The notes beneath the pieces are model-generated. The model was not told the DNA's origin. It searched no databases and was given only the letters and a program-made list of their open reading frames with translations. This document shows positions 62,545-64,000 of a DNA stretch of 64,000 bases, in pieces. Made by a program: the position numbers and the translations under genes. Origin of the DNA: Acanthaster planci (taxonomy: Eukaryota); NCBI RefSeq assembly GCF_001949145.1, contig NW_019091359.1:3894460-3958459 (forward strand). Direction: 5' to 3'. Every line of letters starts with the position of its first letter. Position 1 is the first letter of the stretch.

Positions 62545-64000
62545 CTGTTAAAGAAGAGAAATCTGAAGCTAACTATTTATGTAATGGTTGTTATAGTGCT
62601 CATTTGGTATTCATTTTCTGCAGTGGAAATTTAAATTTTCGACATACATTACATGATGTGATTGCAGATGTGTGTCTAGACATTGCTGAATTTGACTCAA
62701 AAAGTCTTCAATGTTCTCTTTTCAAAATAGAATTTATGACTGCTAACAATTGCTGGCATGTACATGTACATTCTCTAATTAGATATTAAAAATTCTTCAG
62801 CATACATGTATATATAGATCCCTTCAGTTGTTTTTAATTCCTTCCTGTTTTAAGATTGATGGTAAACAATGTAACAATTTTTAATATCTGTCGCTGTCAA
62901 CATAAATATTATCATGTAATAACAAAAATGCTGATTCAAGCTTATTTGTGTATGTAAAGATGTGTCTATCATGCAAATGTTTTTCCATGATACAGCTGCA
63001 CTTTGACACCATTTTAAACATCAGCAGAAAAAAGCAGAACTCCAGTTTAACATTTCAAAAATAGAAATGTCATACATAATTCAATTGTGCTTCCCTTCAA
63101 AATGCTTTTCATTAGGAATAAACACAGTCAATCTATCATCTGCAAACATAAACAAATGAAACATTATTTGCATTTTTGGTACCAATGAGCAACTGTAATG
63201 ATAAAATCCTCTAATTCATTGCAAGTTACAGGAAACTAATCACAGGTCCCCATCTCCCTTGAGCACAAACATGGATCTCTTCATAGGAAGATGCAATACA
63301 CCCATAACAGGAAGTCTCTCCTTTGCCTGACTCACACAGCTCACATGACCTCAATACAAACCAGTCTCCTAAAAGCTCTTGCTGAGTTGTTAAACAGTGC
63401 ATACATCCACAAAAACCCTTGGTTAAGGGACTTAAATAGATAAGCTAAAAGAAGTGTCTGCTGTTGGTGCAGCCTGCATGATTCCCATGTTTGAACACAC
63501 TGTCTCATATTTATTATTCAGTTAACATTTAAAAACATTAAAAGTACAAAATATATGAAAATACTCCCCTTTTCTTTATTATAAGCAATCTTTGCACTCC
63601 GGGTTCCACAATGTAATAGATTTAAACTAATTGTAGGTCATCATATCCAATCCCACATGAGATTATTTACTGGGTATTATAGTTTTTCACTAGTCTAAAA
63701 TTTCAAGACAAGAAAAACTCAACAATTTGATGTCTGAGATGAAGACTGAGCTAAGAGAGTTGGAGGAGTGAAAGCAAAAGCCAAGAAAAAAGCTGATTGT
63801 CTGAGACGAAGACAGGACCAAGATTTTGAGAGAAGGTCAAGGCCAAGGAAAAACTGATTGTAAATTCCCACAAGTGGTACAAAGTAAACTTGTAAAATTA
63901 ACAGAAAGTCAACATTTAAATGTTAAATAATATACATTAAACTTGGCAAAAATGACATCCACCCCAGAAATGAGGTACTAAAGAAAGATTGCTGCTTTCT

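Noticed and set aside
62545..64000. Further HCF Kelch exon (expected EKEWKCTN motif)
   Set aside because: Not found in this interval; presumably beyond the window edge.

Overview
Eukaryotic (marine-invertebrate-like, AT-rich, CATGTA-microsatellite-rich) genomic DNA with three assembly gaps. It holds two convergent, spliced, 5'-incomplete genes that I reconstructed by hand from GT-AG sites with consistent intron phases. (1) On +, an FRMD4A/B-family FERM gene (274..42965): FERM domain, cytohesin-binding coiled-coil region, Ser-rich tail, C-terminal GTLV. (2) On -, a host cell factor gene HCFC1 (62544..51499): last Kelch repeat, Fn3-N, basic and acidic regions, Fn3-C and bipartite NLS. Most short ORFs in the supplied track are spurious. 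The introns carry several non-autonomous DNA transposons/MITEs, an L2/CR1-group LINE 3' end and tandem repeats. Most notable: a single HCF-1PRO-like repeat (OGT cleavage signal) in this invertebrate-type HCF, with no visible Taspase1 site; three candidate phase-matched alternative first exons in the 22-kb FRMD4 intron; candidate cassette exons affecting PPxY and PDZ-ligand motifs; a MITE whose target-site duplication lies inside a splice donor; and a foldback element with a 7-bp TSD. No database searches were run, so family assignments rest on recalled motifs.
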